Shown: positions 1 to 12,500 of the stretch, piece after piece
How positions within the stretch are numbered: position 1 is the stretch's first letter
Layout of the letters: every line of letters starts with the position of its first letter
Source of the DNA: Monocercomonoides exilis PA203
Taxonomy: Eukaryota > Protista > Preaxostyla
Direction of reading: 5' to 3'
DNA: 64,000 bases
Assembly: GCA_001643675.2 (NCBI GenBank)
Contig: LSRY02000070.1
Coordinates: 124,001-188,000 of the forward strand
Translations under genes and position numbers: made by a program
Notes under the pieces: model-generated
Seen by the model: only the letters and a program-made list of their open reading frames with translations
What the model was told of the DNA's origin: nothing
The model's database searches: none

Positions 1-1
1 A

Positions 2-1134
2 GATTTGAATGGTTATTTTCAGGTCTGTAGGCAAAGGAAAACTTTTATTCCACTTGAGGTTTGAATTGCTTGCATTCGATAAAAGTAATATTAAATTTTC
101 TGTACTTTTAACAATAATAATGCGAATAATTTTAGCAAATTCTCGATTGGTTTACGCAAATTACGATTGGACTCGATTTTATTCATAGCAAAAAAGTTTT
201 ACATAGGGATATAAAGGCGCAAAATATATTTTTGACAAAACAAGGATTTGTAAAACTTGGTGATTTTGGCATTTCAAGAACACTAAAGAATACATTGGAT
301 ATGGCGAATACTCTTGTAGGAACTCCTTATTACATGTCTCCAGAACTTAGTCAAAACAAACCGTTTGAAAATCATCTTTTGTTATTTTTTACCTTTTCTA
401 TCTTTCTTTTGTCTATCATAAAAAATCCCGCATTGATTTTGTGTAAATATTATATGCAAATATCATAATTTTACATTGATTGATCAATTCTATAAATGTA
501 TATTTACATATAAATATATATTCCATTCCTTCTTCACATCTCAGATACGGCTACAAATCCGACGTGTGGGCGCTGGGCTGTCTGCTCTATGAAATGTGCA
601 CATTCCACCACCCCTTCGAAGCCAGGAACTACCAAGAGCTTGTGCAGAAGATCGCCATTGGCCGCTATCCGCCCATCCCCCCGCAATACGGCAAAGACCT
701 CTCTCTGCTGGTGACTGCGATGCTCACACAGGACCCAGCAAAGCGGCCGACCACGTCAGACATTCTGAACATGCCATTCATCCGGAGCAGAATGAAGAGC
801 CTGCTTGATGAAAGCATTGGAAGGCAAGTTCCTCAGCACCAGCCACCTCTTTTGCATCTTGTGCCGAAGCAGCCGCTTGCTTCGCTGGGGGCAGTGGGGG
901 AAGCGGGGAATACGATCAATCAGAGGAATGGAATGCCTTCTTCTGCTTCTTCTAATCCTTCTTCTGCTTCTCCTTCTCGCTCTCCTTCTTCCTCTTCCCT
1001 TGCTCCCACGCCTTCTGCTCCAATGTCTGCTGAAGAACAAGCGAAAAAGCTATCTGCGATGCGAAATATGCTTCCTAAGCCATCACAAGCATTCGCTGTG
1101 AAGGCAACAGGGAATGATGAACATGATGCTAATC

Positions 1135-1165
<31 letters not shown>

Positions 1166-3759
1166 TTCTCATACAAATACAAGCCAAACGTCTTCTGCTG
1201 TGAATGCTGTGTTTTCTTCTCTTCCAAAGCCAAATTATCCATCGTCATCTTCTTCTTCCTCTTCTTCCTCTTCCTCCTCTTCTCCACAATCTTCCAAGCA
1301 AACAACCCCAAAAGCAACTATTCCTGCTTCTTCTATCAACAATACAACAGCAACAACAACATCTTCTTCTTCCTCTTCTTCCTCTTCTTCTTCCTCTTCT
1401 TTATCTCCCATCAAGCATAATCCTTCTTCTTCAAACATTCGTCCTTCTTCTCCTCATTCTTCTGCTCAAAGGCCTTCTTCTGCTCATTCTCAAGCTTCAT
1501 CCCATTCATCGTCATCATCTTCTTCTTCTGCTTCTGCTTCTTCTTCATCTGCCTCTCGAACTCCTCCATTAATAGCTCCTCTATCACCCACAAATGAACC
1601 ATCTTCTTCACCATCACCTTCTTCCTCTTCCTCTTCTTCTTCTTCTTCTGTTCCCTCCACCCCTTCCACCCCCTCAGCCAGGCGTGCGCTGATCATTCAG
1701 AAGCGCCAAGAGAAAGAGCGCCACATCCAGCGAGCAGAGCAAGTGCTTGAGTCACTCCGAAACGACCTCAACCGCATTGGCGCTGCACACATCAGCAAGG
1801 CAAGCAGGATGAATGGGAGGTTGGGGGGTGGAATGGGAAGTGGGTTGGGAGGAGGATTAGAAGGAGGAGGGATTGGGGCAGATGAGAAGCAGAACAGGAT
1901 TGCGGGCGGGCTGGGGATTATTCAGCCGTCGGTGTTTCCAAAGGCGATGAACAAACCTTCTTCTTCCTCTTCTGCAAGCAGAAGGTCCCTTTCTCCTCTT
2001 CCCCTTGCTCCTTATCGTGCATCTCCTGCAGACCCCATCAAATTATCCGATATTCCGGCAACCCCTACATCTGAAAATGCGCCTTTCTCCGTACCAGCTT
2101 CTGCCTCGCCGCTTCCAAATTCCCCCTTTTCAGCTGGCGCAAATCCGCCGGCAAAAATTCCGGCTCCCAAAATTCCGGCAAACGGCGCCCGTAATATTTC
2201 TCCGCTGCCGGCAACGCACCAAACGAATTCTGGAGCCGACGCCGCAAAGCGGAAATTCCTCACGACTCCTCCCACAACAACAAGGCCGCCTTCAGCCAAA
2301 GTGAAAGTTGTGACTTCTGTGCGGCAGACACACTCAACTGGCATTTCTTCCTCTTCTTCGACTTCTTCATTGAACTCTGCTAAAGCAGCGGCTCATCCAA
2401 CAAGAATACCCGCATCTTCTTCGTCTGCAATGAAACGCCCTCTTTCGGGTGTGCCTTCTTCTTCTTCTTCTTCTTCTTCTACAAAAACTCTATTTTCTGC
2501 TCCAAATACATCGACAACCTCATCTGCTGCTAAGTCATCATCATCATCATCTTCTTCTTCTTCTTCTGCTGCTGCTTCAAGACCATCAATTCCTCCAAAA
2601 CCAAAAGTTTCAACAACATCATCAACATCAACAACAGGAAGAATATCACCTTCCTCTTCTTCTTCTCGTTCTCCTCGTTCTCCTCCTCCTTCTCCCACTC
2701 GTTCTTCTCCTCCTCCTTCTTCTTCTCCTTCTCGTCCTTCTTCTTCCTCTTCTTCCTCTTCTTCTCCCTCCTCTTCTTCTTCTCCTTCCAAAAGTTCTCT
2801 TCCTCTTCATTCTCCTCCTCGCAAGCCTTCTCCTCTCCCTAAATCCACTTCATCTCCCACCTCACAAAAATCTAATTCTTCCAATCAAACTTCTTCTTCC
2901 TCTTCTTCTTCTTCTTCCTCCTCTTCTTCTTCTTCTCGTTCTCCTCCTCCTTCTCCTTCACATTCTTCTTCTTCCTCTTCTTCTTCTTCTTCCTCTTCTA
3001 CTTCCTCTTCCTCTTCTCTCTCACTCGAAGAGCGCAAAAGACGCAATCTTGCCCTGTTTGAGAAGAACTGCCTCGGATTGAGAGAATTCGCACTGGAATT
3101 TCCGAATCCGCGTGCGAAGCCAATTGAATGGGAGAATAAACAAGCTATGTTAAGCAATGGAGAGAAGGAGAAGGAGAAAGAGAAAGAGAAAGAGAAAGAG
3201 AAGGAGAGAGAGAGAGAAATAGCGAAGTTGAAAGAATGGAGTATGGAGAAGGAAGGAAGAGAAGGGAAAGAAGGGAAAGAGGGGAAGAAAAGAAATGGAA
3301 TAAATTCTTCTTCTTCTTCTTCTTCTTCTTCTTCTTTGTCAACAGAAGAAGAAAATGTTATTGACAATGATGAAATTCGAAGTGGGAAGAAGAAGAACAA
3401 GATGGTTGTGCTGAAAGACGGGGAAGTAAAAGCAGCATGGGTTGAGCCTGTTTCTGGTGCGAATGAGAAGATGAAGGAGAGAGAGAGAGAGAAAGAGAAA
3501 GAGAAAGAGAAATACAGATCGAATGGAATGGAAGAGCTAACAGCAACAAGGCTGATGTCATTGGATTTGGAAGCAAATCAAAGAAGAGGAAAACTTTTAG
3601 AAGCAACAGCAAATTTGGAGAAGATGCGAAATGAGCTGGCGATGATAGAGAAAGAAGAGGAAGAGGCAGAAAAGGAAGAGGAAGAGAACAAACAATACGA
3701 AGATGCATTGAGTGTGTATGTGAATATGCTCAGAGGAAAGAAAAACGTGCATTCTGTTG

Positions 3760-3790
<31 letters not shown>

Positions 3791-4418
3791 ACCCTCTCCC
3801 TCTTCGTCATCATCATCATCTTCTTCTTCTTCTTCTTCCATTTCTAAATCATCCAAATCTATTTCTTCTTCTTCTTCCTCCCCCTCCTCCTCTTCTTCTT
3901 CCTCTTCTTCTTCTTCTCGTGTTGCTGCTTTAACACCCCCAGCTGTTCCTTCTCGTTCAAGTAAGGCATCCATTGAAGAAGCATTGATAGTCACAAATGT
4001 TGATGATAATGCTTCAATGGATGAAGAAGGAGGAAGAGGAAAAGGAGAAGGAAGAGAAAGAGGAGAAAGAGAAGGAGAGGAAGAGGAAGAGGAAGAAGAA
4101 GAAGAAGAAGCAGTAAGGGGAGGAGCAGGAAGGTTAGTTTTGAGGGGGAAAGAGTTGAGGAAAGAGGTGGAGAATGCGATTGGGCTGAATGCATTTCAAC
4201 AAGCTTATCATTTGCTTAGACAAAGAAATTCTTCTTCATTTTCTTCCTCCTCCTCCTCCTCCTCTTTATCTTCGATGGAAATGAAGAAGAGCAATGAAAT
4301 GAAATCATCAAATGCAATGGATATGGAAGTGTTGAAGATTGTGGGGGCAAAACACGCAGATTGCATAGGGAAGATAAAAGAAGTGATTAGAATAGAAAAT
4401 CAGATTATTCCACTTTAA
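2..4418 (+). CDS. NIMA-related (NEK1/3/5-like) Ser/Thr kinase, 5' end outside window; exons 2-58, 136-362, 545-4418
   Basis: Removing introns 59-135 (GTTTGA..TTTAG) and 363-544 (GTTTGA..TCAG) gives ..IPLE|[54 protein letters not shown]|[18 protein letters not shown] long poly-Ser linker follows, then a NEK1-type C-terminal helical domain ([24 protein letters not shown]). Confidence 0.93.
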
Positions 4419-5851
4419 AAGGAGGAAGGAGAATAAAATAAATGAAAATAAAATAAAATAAAATAAAATAAAACATTATTGAATATTATTGAATAAAAAT
4501 GAAAAGAAGGATAAAGAATAAATGAATGGACGAATTAAGGTTGTTCTAAAAAAAAAAAATAGCTGTGTTTTTATGTTATGGCATAGCATTTATGTGTGTG
4601 TATTGTTATTCATCTATTTTAATATTTATCTTATTTTTTTTATTTCATCTTTTCTTCAATTGTCTATTTTCAAATCACTTTCAATTCAGATTGTATTTAT
4701 TTGAAGAGGAAAAAAAAAATTGAATTTTTAATAATGAAAATATAAAAGTATTATTTTTCTTTTTACACAAAACGGAATCAAAGATTAAAAATTGCTTTTA
4801 AAACAAGAAAGGTGAAGAAAGAGGGAAATGCTATTGATTGTGATTTCTAGCAATAATCTCCAAAATCACGTAGCAGGAAAAAAACCAGACTTTGCAATTA
4901 TATTCTACAAAATAGCGATATTATAACAAGATTAAAAAAAGAACATTTAAAGAAATACGAAAAATAAAAATTTTTTACCAATTCCCAAAATAAAAATAAT
5001 ATAAATATTTAATGCCCACAATTAATAAATAAATCACTTTCAAAACATTAGAAAAGAATGAGCGTATTTATCTGAATAAAACAAATAACAAAAATTCAAT
5101 ATCCTAAAAATTTTTATGCTACCACTTCAACTTAAAAAGAAGGCAAAATAAAAAATAAAAATGAAAAATAAATAAAAAATAATTGAGAAATTTACACAGA
5201 AGCAATAAATGAAGATGTCAAAGAGAAATGTTCAAGGCTAATAACAAAACGAACTATTCCAAAAATATCGTTTTTTCCCCCACCATTCAGTTCGGAATAT
5301 AAAAAGAAAAGAGGAAAAGAAATTAAAAAGAAAGAAAGAAAGAATTTAAAAAAAGGGGGAAAGAAAACATAAAAGAAAGTAATTCTCCTCTAGTGATGCT
5401 ATAACAATACTCAAAAGGCAAATAAAAAAACCAAAATAAACACAACCAAAATAGAATTATTTATTTTTGAAATATTTCCTGCCAAATAAAAAAATACGGG
5501 ATATTTAATAAACAAAGCTGCATTTTCAAAAATATCTTCCATTTCAAAAACCAAAATATATAAAAAACACTAATTAATACATTTCAAAAAGAAAGAAATG
5601 AAAAATAAATAAACCTAAATTAGAATACAAAATGAAAAATTATATATATATTACCATTAAACAATTATTATTATTATTATTCGATTTCATCATTCATTTT
5701 AATCTTTTTCCATTAAAAATTTTTATATTTTCTAATGGGAAATATTTCCTTCCACCCACAATAACTCTCTCTCTCTCTCTCTTTCTCTTTCTATCAAACT
5801 CCAGCCAAATACGGAATTACATTGTTTCTTCTCTTTTTGCTGTCACATTCA

Positions 5852-6001
5852 TCATTTTTCTTCTTCATTATCTTCATCACTTGCACAATAATTATCACTA
5901 TCATTATCACCGTCATTATCATCATTATCATCATTATCATAGTTATCTTCAATGTTATAATCTTCTTCATTATCTTCTTCATTATTCTCTCTTTCTCTTT
6001 C

Positions 6002-6034
<33 letters not shown>

Positions 6035-8443
6035 TCTCTCATCCAATACGTCCATCATAGAAGAGAGAGGGGTGGAAGGAGGGGTGATTGAGTCAACAGA
6101 CAAACAGAACGATGTGGCCACTGAATGTGGTGGTGGAGGAATGAGAGAAGGAGAAGGAGAGGAAGAAGAAGAGGAGGAAGAAGAAGAAGAAGAAGAGGAG
6201 GAGGGAAAAGAAGAAGAAGAGAAAGAAGGAAAAGGAAAAGAAGAGGAGGAAGAAGAGGAAGAAGAAGAAGAAGTAAAATGAAAGTGATGACAAGAAGAAG
6301 GAGAGAGAGAAAGAGAAGAAGAAGAAGGAGAAGAAGAAGAGGAAGAAGAGGAGGAAGAAGAAGAAGAAGAAGAGGTTATAAAAGATAGAGGCATAAGAGG
6401 AGGATGAGTGGAGCTAAGAGGAGCATCAAATACAGACAATATTCTTTCCTGTGTGTTATTCAATGGAATAGAAATAGAAGGAGAAGAAAGAGAAGAAGAG
6501 GAAGAGGAAGAAGAAGAAGAAGAAGAAGAAGAAGAAGAATTTCTTCTTGTTCTCTTTCTTCTTTTTGGTGTTGCAGATGTTGGTGTTGTTGATGTAGGTG
6601 TTGTTATTATTGCTATTTCTTCTTCTCCTTCTCCTCCTTCTCCTTCTCTTTCTCTTCTTTCACTTTCTCTTCTTTCTCTCTCTTCAACCCAATCTCCATA
6701 ATGATCAGTGGTTTCGCTAATATCATCTGATAGTTCGATATCAACAACATCTTCTTCTTCTTCTCTTTCTTCACTTTCTCTTTCTCTTTCTCCTTCTCCT
6801 TCTTCATTCATCTTTTCTTCTCTAATTCCATCTTCTCCTTCTGATAAAATTCCTAACACTTGTTCTGCTTGTTTTATTTGCTCTTTTTTATCTTCTTCTT
6901 CTTCTTCTTCTTTCTCTTCTTCTTCTTTCTCTTCTTCTTCTCCTTCTTGTACCGACAAAGAAGAAGAAGAAGAATAAAGACAAGAATTATAATTATTATT
7001 ATTACTGTTACTATTTTCTCCTCCTTTTTCTCTTTTATTCTTCCTTCCATCCATCATCCCCATCGTCCCCATCACCCCCAGCTTTCTTCTTTGTTCTTCA
7101 ATCATTTTGAGTCTTAATGCCATTGCTTTGCTAGCAGCATCTCCTTGATTGACAATGCTGTAATGGACTGTGAGGGAAGGGAGGAAAGAAAGAGAAGAAG
7201 AAGAAGAGGAAGAAGAAGGAGAAGAGGAGGAGGAAATGGATGTGGAAGAAGGAGAAAGAGGAGGAGAAGAAGAGGAGGAGGAGGAAGAAGAAGAAGAGGA
7301 GGAGGAAGATTCAAATGCTAGTTGTGGAAGAGAAGGAGAAGGAGAAGGAGAAGAAGACGATGATGATGAATCAACATTGAATGTTGATGGTTGTTGTTGC
7401 ATTTGTTCTGTTTGTGCATTTGAAGAAAAAGAAGAAGGTTGTTCTTCTTCTTTCATTTTATTTTCTTTTTCTTCTTTTTCTATTTTTCTTTTTGTTTCTT
7501 CTTTTTCTTCTTCATCATTATGTTGTTCATTTTCTCTTTCTCTTCTTTCTCCTTTTCTTTCTCCTTCTCCTTCTTCTCTTTCTCCTTCTTCTCTTTCTCT
7601 TTCTTCCTCTATCTTTTCATCATCATTTGGTGTTTTTGTTGTTGATGTGCTTTCAATTAGAAGAGAACCATGTTCATTTGGATGATTCGATATTGATGAC
7701 ATTCCTTCTGGATGAAGAGAAAGAGAAGAGGAAGAGGAGGAAGAAGAGGAGGAAGAAGAAGAATTTGATAAAGAAGAAGAAGAAGAAGAAGAAGGTAATT
7801 GATCAGATGTTAAGGAAGAAATAACAGCTTGATCAGACATAATTTCATTTGGGTGTTGTGAAGATGAAAGATTTGAAGAAGAAGAAGAAGAGAATGAAGA
7901 AGAAGGAAATGAAGAAGAGGAAGAGGAGGAGGAGGGAGAAGAAGAAGAGGAAGAGGAAGAGGAAGAAGAGGAAGAGGAAGAGGAAAAAGAATCACAAGTA
8001 TTATTATTATTATTATTAATTTGAGTATTAATATTTCTCTTTTGTTGTTTTGGGTGTTTGAAAGGAGGGATAAACATGTCATTCAGATGGATGGAGAGTG
8101 GCTTTGAATTATGAGAAGAAGGAGGAGAAGGAGAGGAAGAAGAAGAAGGAGAAGGAGAAGGAGAAGGAGAAGAGGATGAAGAAGAAGAAGAAGAAGAGGA
8201 AGAGGAAGGTGAGGATGAAGAAGAATTAATAGAGGAAGAAGATGAAGAGGAGGAGGAGGAAGGAGAAACTAAATGAATGTCAGTATTTGAAGATGGAGTT
8301 GTATTGAGTGTTGATGAAGAAGAGAAAGAGGAAGAAGAAGATGATGATGAATCAATAACAGTAGAAGAGGGTAAAGGAAGAGAAGAAAAAGAAGGAGAAG
8401 AGGAAGAAGAGGAAGAAGAGGAAGAGGAAGAAGATGATGAAAG

Positions 8444-8474
<31 letters not shown>

Positions 8475-10370
8475 TTATTCACAAAAGGAGGGATGGAAGG
8501 CAATAAAACAGGAGAGAGGGACAAAGTGGGTGATTGAGAGAGGAGTTGAGAAGGTGTCGGAGAAAGAGAAGGAGAAGAAGGAGAGGAAGAAGGAGAAGAG
8601 GGAGAAGAAGAAGAAGACGAAGAAGAAGAAGAAGATGATGATGATGCAAATGATGAAGGAATAACAATTTCAGAAGAATTAGCATTCGTTTCAACTTTCT
8701 CTTCTTTTTCTTTTTCTCTTTCTCTTTCTTCTTCTTTTTTATCATTTGCATTTTCAATAACTTGTTTTGTTAATGTGGGATTATGATTATTATCATCCTT
8801 TTTCTCTTTCTCTTCTTCTTTCTCCTCTTTCTCTTTCTCCTTCTCCTTCTCCTTCTCCATTTGTTTCTTCATCATCATCTGTTTCATCCTCACTTTCTCC
8901 CTCAACCTCTCCATCTTCATCTCCTTCTCCCTCTCTTTCTTCCTCTCCCTCTCCTTCTTCATCTCCTCTTGCCGCGCCAGAAACTCCTCTTCTTTGATTA
9001 TTTCTCTGTTTCTTGGGTCACTCAGCACTTTTGCCATCATCGTGGGCATCGCCTTGTAGAATGCTGCTGATAACAGCGCATTTTGCCTTTCTTGTTCAGA
9101 GGAATAATATTTTGGGCTGGAAAGGATGTTAATGGGGTGGTTATCTGTATTATTATTAATATTATGATTATTATTATTATTATTATTAATGATAAAGTTG
9201 TTACTTATTTCATTGCTAATTATGTCACCTTGTATTTCTTTTATTTCTTTCTCCTCTTTTATTTCCTTCTCCTCTTTTATTTCATTGTTTACTTCATTTA
9301 CCATATTATTTATATTATTACTTATATCACTTATATTACTATTACTATTATTACTATTATTATTACCATAACTGCTGATGATGATGGCGTTGTCAATGAG
9401 AGGGGGAATAATATCTTTGAGCGGATCAGCTGTGCCTATTGCTGTGGGCTCTATTGGCTCTGCGAAGGGAGGAGAGAAAGAGGAAGAGGAAGAGGAAGAA
9501 GAGGAAGGAAAAGAAGGAAAAGGAAGAGAAGAAGAGGAGGAGGAGGAAGAAGAAGAAGGAAAAGAAGGAAAGGGAAGAGAAGGAGAAGGGGAAGGGGAAG
9601 GAAAAGGAGGAGGAGAAGGAGAGGAAGAGGAGGAAGAGGAAGAAGAAGGATAAGTATCAAATGGAGTTATTTGTAATGCATTTTGCATTAACTGTATTTG
9701 TGATTGAAGAAGAGGCTGTTCGAATTCTTTTTCCTTTCTTTCTTCTTCTTCTTCTTTTATTTCTTCCTTTTCTTTTAGAAATGATAATGATGATGATGTT
9801 TGTTTCTTTATTTTCTGTTTCTCTTCTTCTTTTTTGAAATCTATTGGAGAAAGAGAAGAAGAAGAAGAAGATGATGATGATGATGACGATGAATTAAATG
9901 AAGAAGAAGGAAAAGGAGAAGAAGAGAAAGAAGAAGAAGAAGAATTAGAAGAACTAGAAGAAGGAGCCAATGAAGTGACCAACGCCTGAGTAAGCAAGCG
10001 ATGGAAGGGGCCCATCCCTCTCACAGCAGTTGGCATCACAAACGATCTATTGGAACGGCTTCTATCTAAAATGATCTTTTTGTGAGAGGAAGAGGAGGAA
10101 GAAGAAGGTTGTGATGATGAAATGGAAGGTTTGTTAGTTGTTTTGGATGGTTTGTGAGGGGAAAGAAGAGAATTATTGAAAGAAGAAGAAGAGGAAGAGG
10201 AGGAAGAGGAAGAAGAAGAATTAATAGGAAATGAAGTGGATGAAGAGAGAAGGGCTGAAGTGAGGGCGGTGTTGATGTCGAAGGCAATGGATTTGCCTTG
10301 TGGAGGAGAAGAGGAAGAAGAAGAGGAAGAAGAAGAAGGAGGAGGAGGAGGAGAAGGGGAAGGAAAAGAA

Positions 10371-10402
<32 letters not shown>

Positions 10403-12469
10403 AGAGGAAGAGGAGGAGGAGGAAGAAGAAGAAGAAGGAAGAATATTTGATGTGTTTGTTGGTGTGGATGTGTTTGTGGTGGTGGTGGTGGTGGAAGAGG
10501 AAGAAAGGGAAGAAGATGAAGAGGAGGAAGAGGAAGAGGAAGAGGAAGATGAAGAGGAGGAAGAAGAAGAAGATGATGATGATGACGATGAAAGAGAAGA
10601 AGAAGGAAAAGAGGAAGAAGAAGAAGAAGAAGAAGAAGAAGAATTAGAAGAAGAAGAATCAATATGAATATTTTGAGTGTTACTATTATTATTATTATTA
10701 TTGACGTTGTTGTTGAGTATTTCAGAGCCAGCAGCATCAGCCAAAAGAGCAGAGATGATGAATGTGCCTGGAGAATTGGCAAAAGGAAGAGAAGAAGAGG
10801 AGGAGGAAGAAGAGGAAGAAGAAGAAGAATTTGATAAAGAAGAAGAAGAATTAACGTTAGCATTTGAAATAGCATCTTTATTATTCTTCTCTTCTTTCGT
10901 TTTTTCATTCATTTTATCTCCATTTTCATTGTTTGTATCTGAAATGCATGTTTTTGTGGCATTTTCTATCAAATTTGAGATCAAACCTGATGAAACGGGG
11001 AGAGGCACATTGAAAAGAGGAAATTTAGAGGAAACGAAGGAAAAAGGCTGAGGGCGATGAAGAAGAGAAGAAGAAGAAGGGGAAGAAAAAGTGCTTCTAT
11101 ATAGTGAAGGATGAGAAAGAGAAGAAGAAGAAGAAGAAGAAGAAGGTGAAATGTTAAGTTGAGAAGAAATAGGAAGATTTAATTGGTTTATTTGTGTTGA
11201 CGGAATAGAAGAGGAATTGAAATTGCGAAGTTGTGAAGGATACGAAGGTGAAGGAGAAGGAGAAGAGGAAGAGGAAGAAAGAGAAGAAGAAGAAGAAGAA
11301 GGAAAAGAAGAAGAGGGAGAAGGTGTAAATGTTGTGTGAGGAAATCTCCCATCTTTCAAGTCAGATGCGTTTATTTGACCAACATTGACATTATCATAAT
11401 CATTATCATTGTTATTCATCCTTTTCATCATCATTCTCCTCCTCTTCTCTTCTTCTCCTTCTCCTTCTCCTTCTTCCTTCTTCTTCTGTTGTTGCTGTTG
11501 TTGTTCATTTGTTGCATATGCTGCTAATATCACAGACCCAGGCGCTCCGCTCATTAAAAGCCCTCCTCCTCTTCCATCTCGAATTTCTCCGAACTCTCCT
11601 ATTTCTCCGAAACCTCCTCCTCCTCCTCCTCCTCTTTGCTTGTCATACCTCCCTTTCATCACGCTCTCCATGCTAATTGATATATCTACCTCTTTCTTCC
11701 TCACTTTCTCGTCATAAATCGTCAGCCCCAGCTCATTTCTTGTGTGTTTGCTGTTCTTCTTCTTCTTCTTCTTCTTCTCTGAGTACAATTGTGTCTGCAC
11801 CATCGAAAATTTCTCTCTCTCAATTCGATCTCTTTTTGTTGGCTTTGAAATGTCTGTGGTATTGTTCATGTTTGTGTTGGCATTGTCTTTCTCTTTGAAT
11901 GCTTTATACCCTTTTGTTTCTTTTATTTCTTTTGTTTCTCTTATATCTTTATTCCTTTCTCTCTCTCTTTCTCTCTCTTTCTCTCTTTCTCTCCCTTCTT
12001 CCCTTATCTTCTCCTTCTCTTTCTCTTTCTCTTTCTCTTTCTCTTTCTCTCTCTCCTTCTCCGTTCCTCCTGCTCTTTTTATTATCTGAAATGGCATAGG
12101 AGGTTTTTCAGACTTCATCCTATTTGCCAATCTGCCTTCTAAATCATCCTCTTCTTCTTCTTCTTCTTCTCTTTCTCTTTCTCTTTCTCCTCTTTCTCTT
12201 TCTTCTTCTTCTCCTTCTTCATATTTCTCCTTCTCCTTCTCCTTCTCATATGAATAATGTGTCTGTGACTGTTTTAATCTGCTTGCGCTTCTTCTTTCTG
12301 ACTGCCTGCTCTTCATCGCCATCGCCTTCTTTCTGCTCCCAAACAGCTCCTTCATCGTGTCTGAACCTTCTCCATATTCTCTTTCTCTTTCCTTCTCTCT
12401 CTCTCTTCCTTTCTCTTTCTCTTTCTCTCTTCCTTTCTCACTTCTCCTTGTCTGCCCTTGTCCATATTC

Positions 12470-12500
<31 letters not shown>

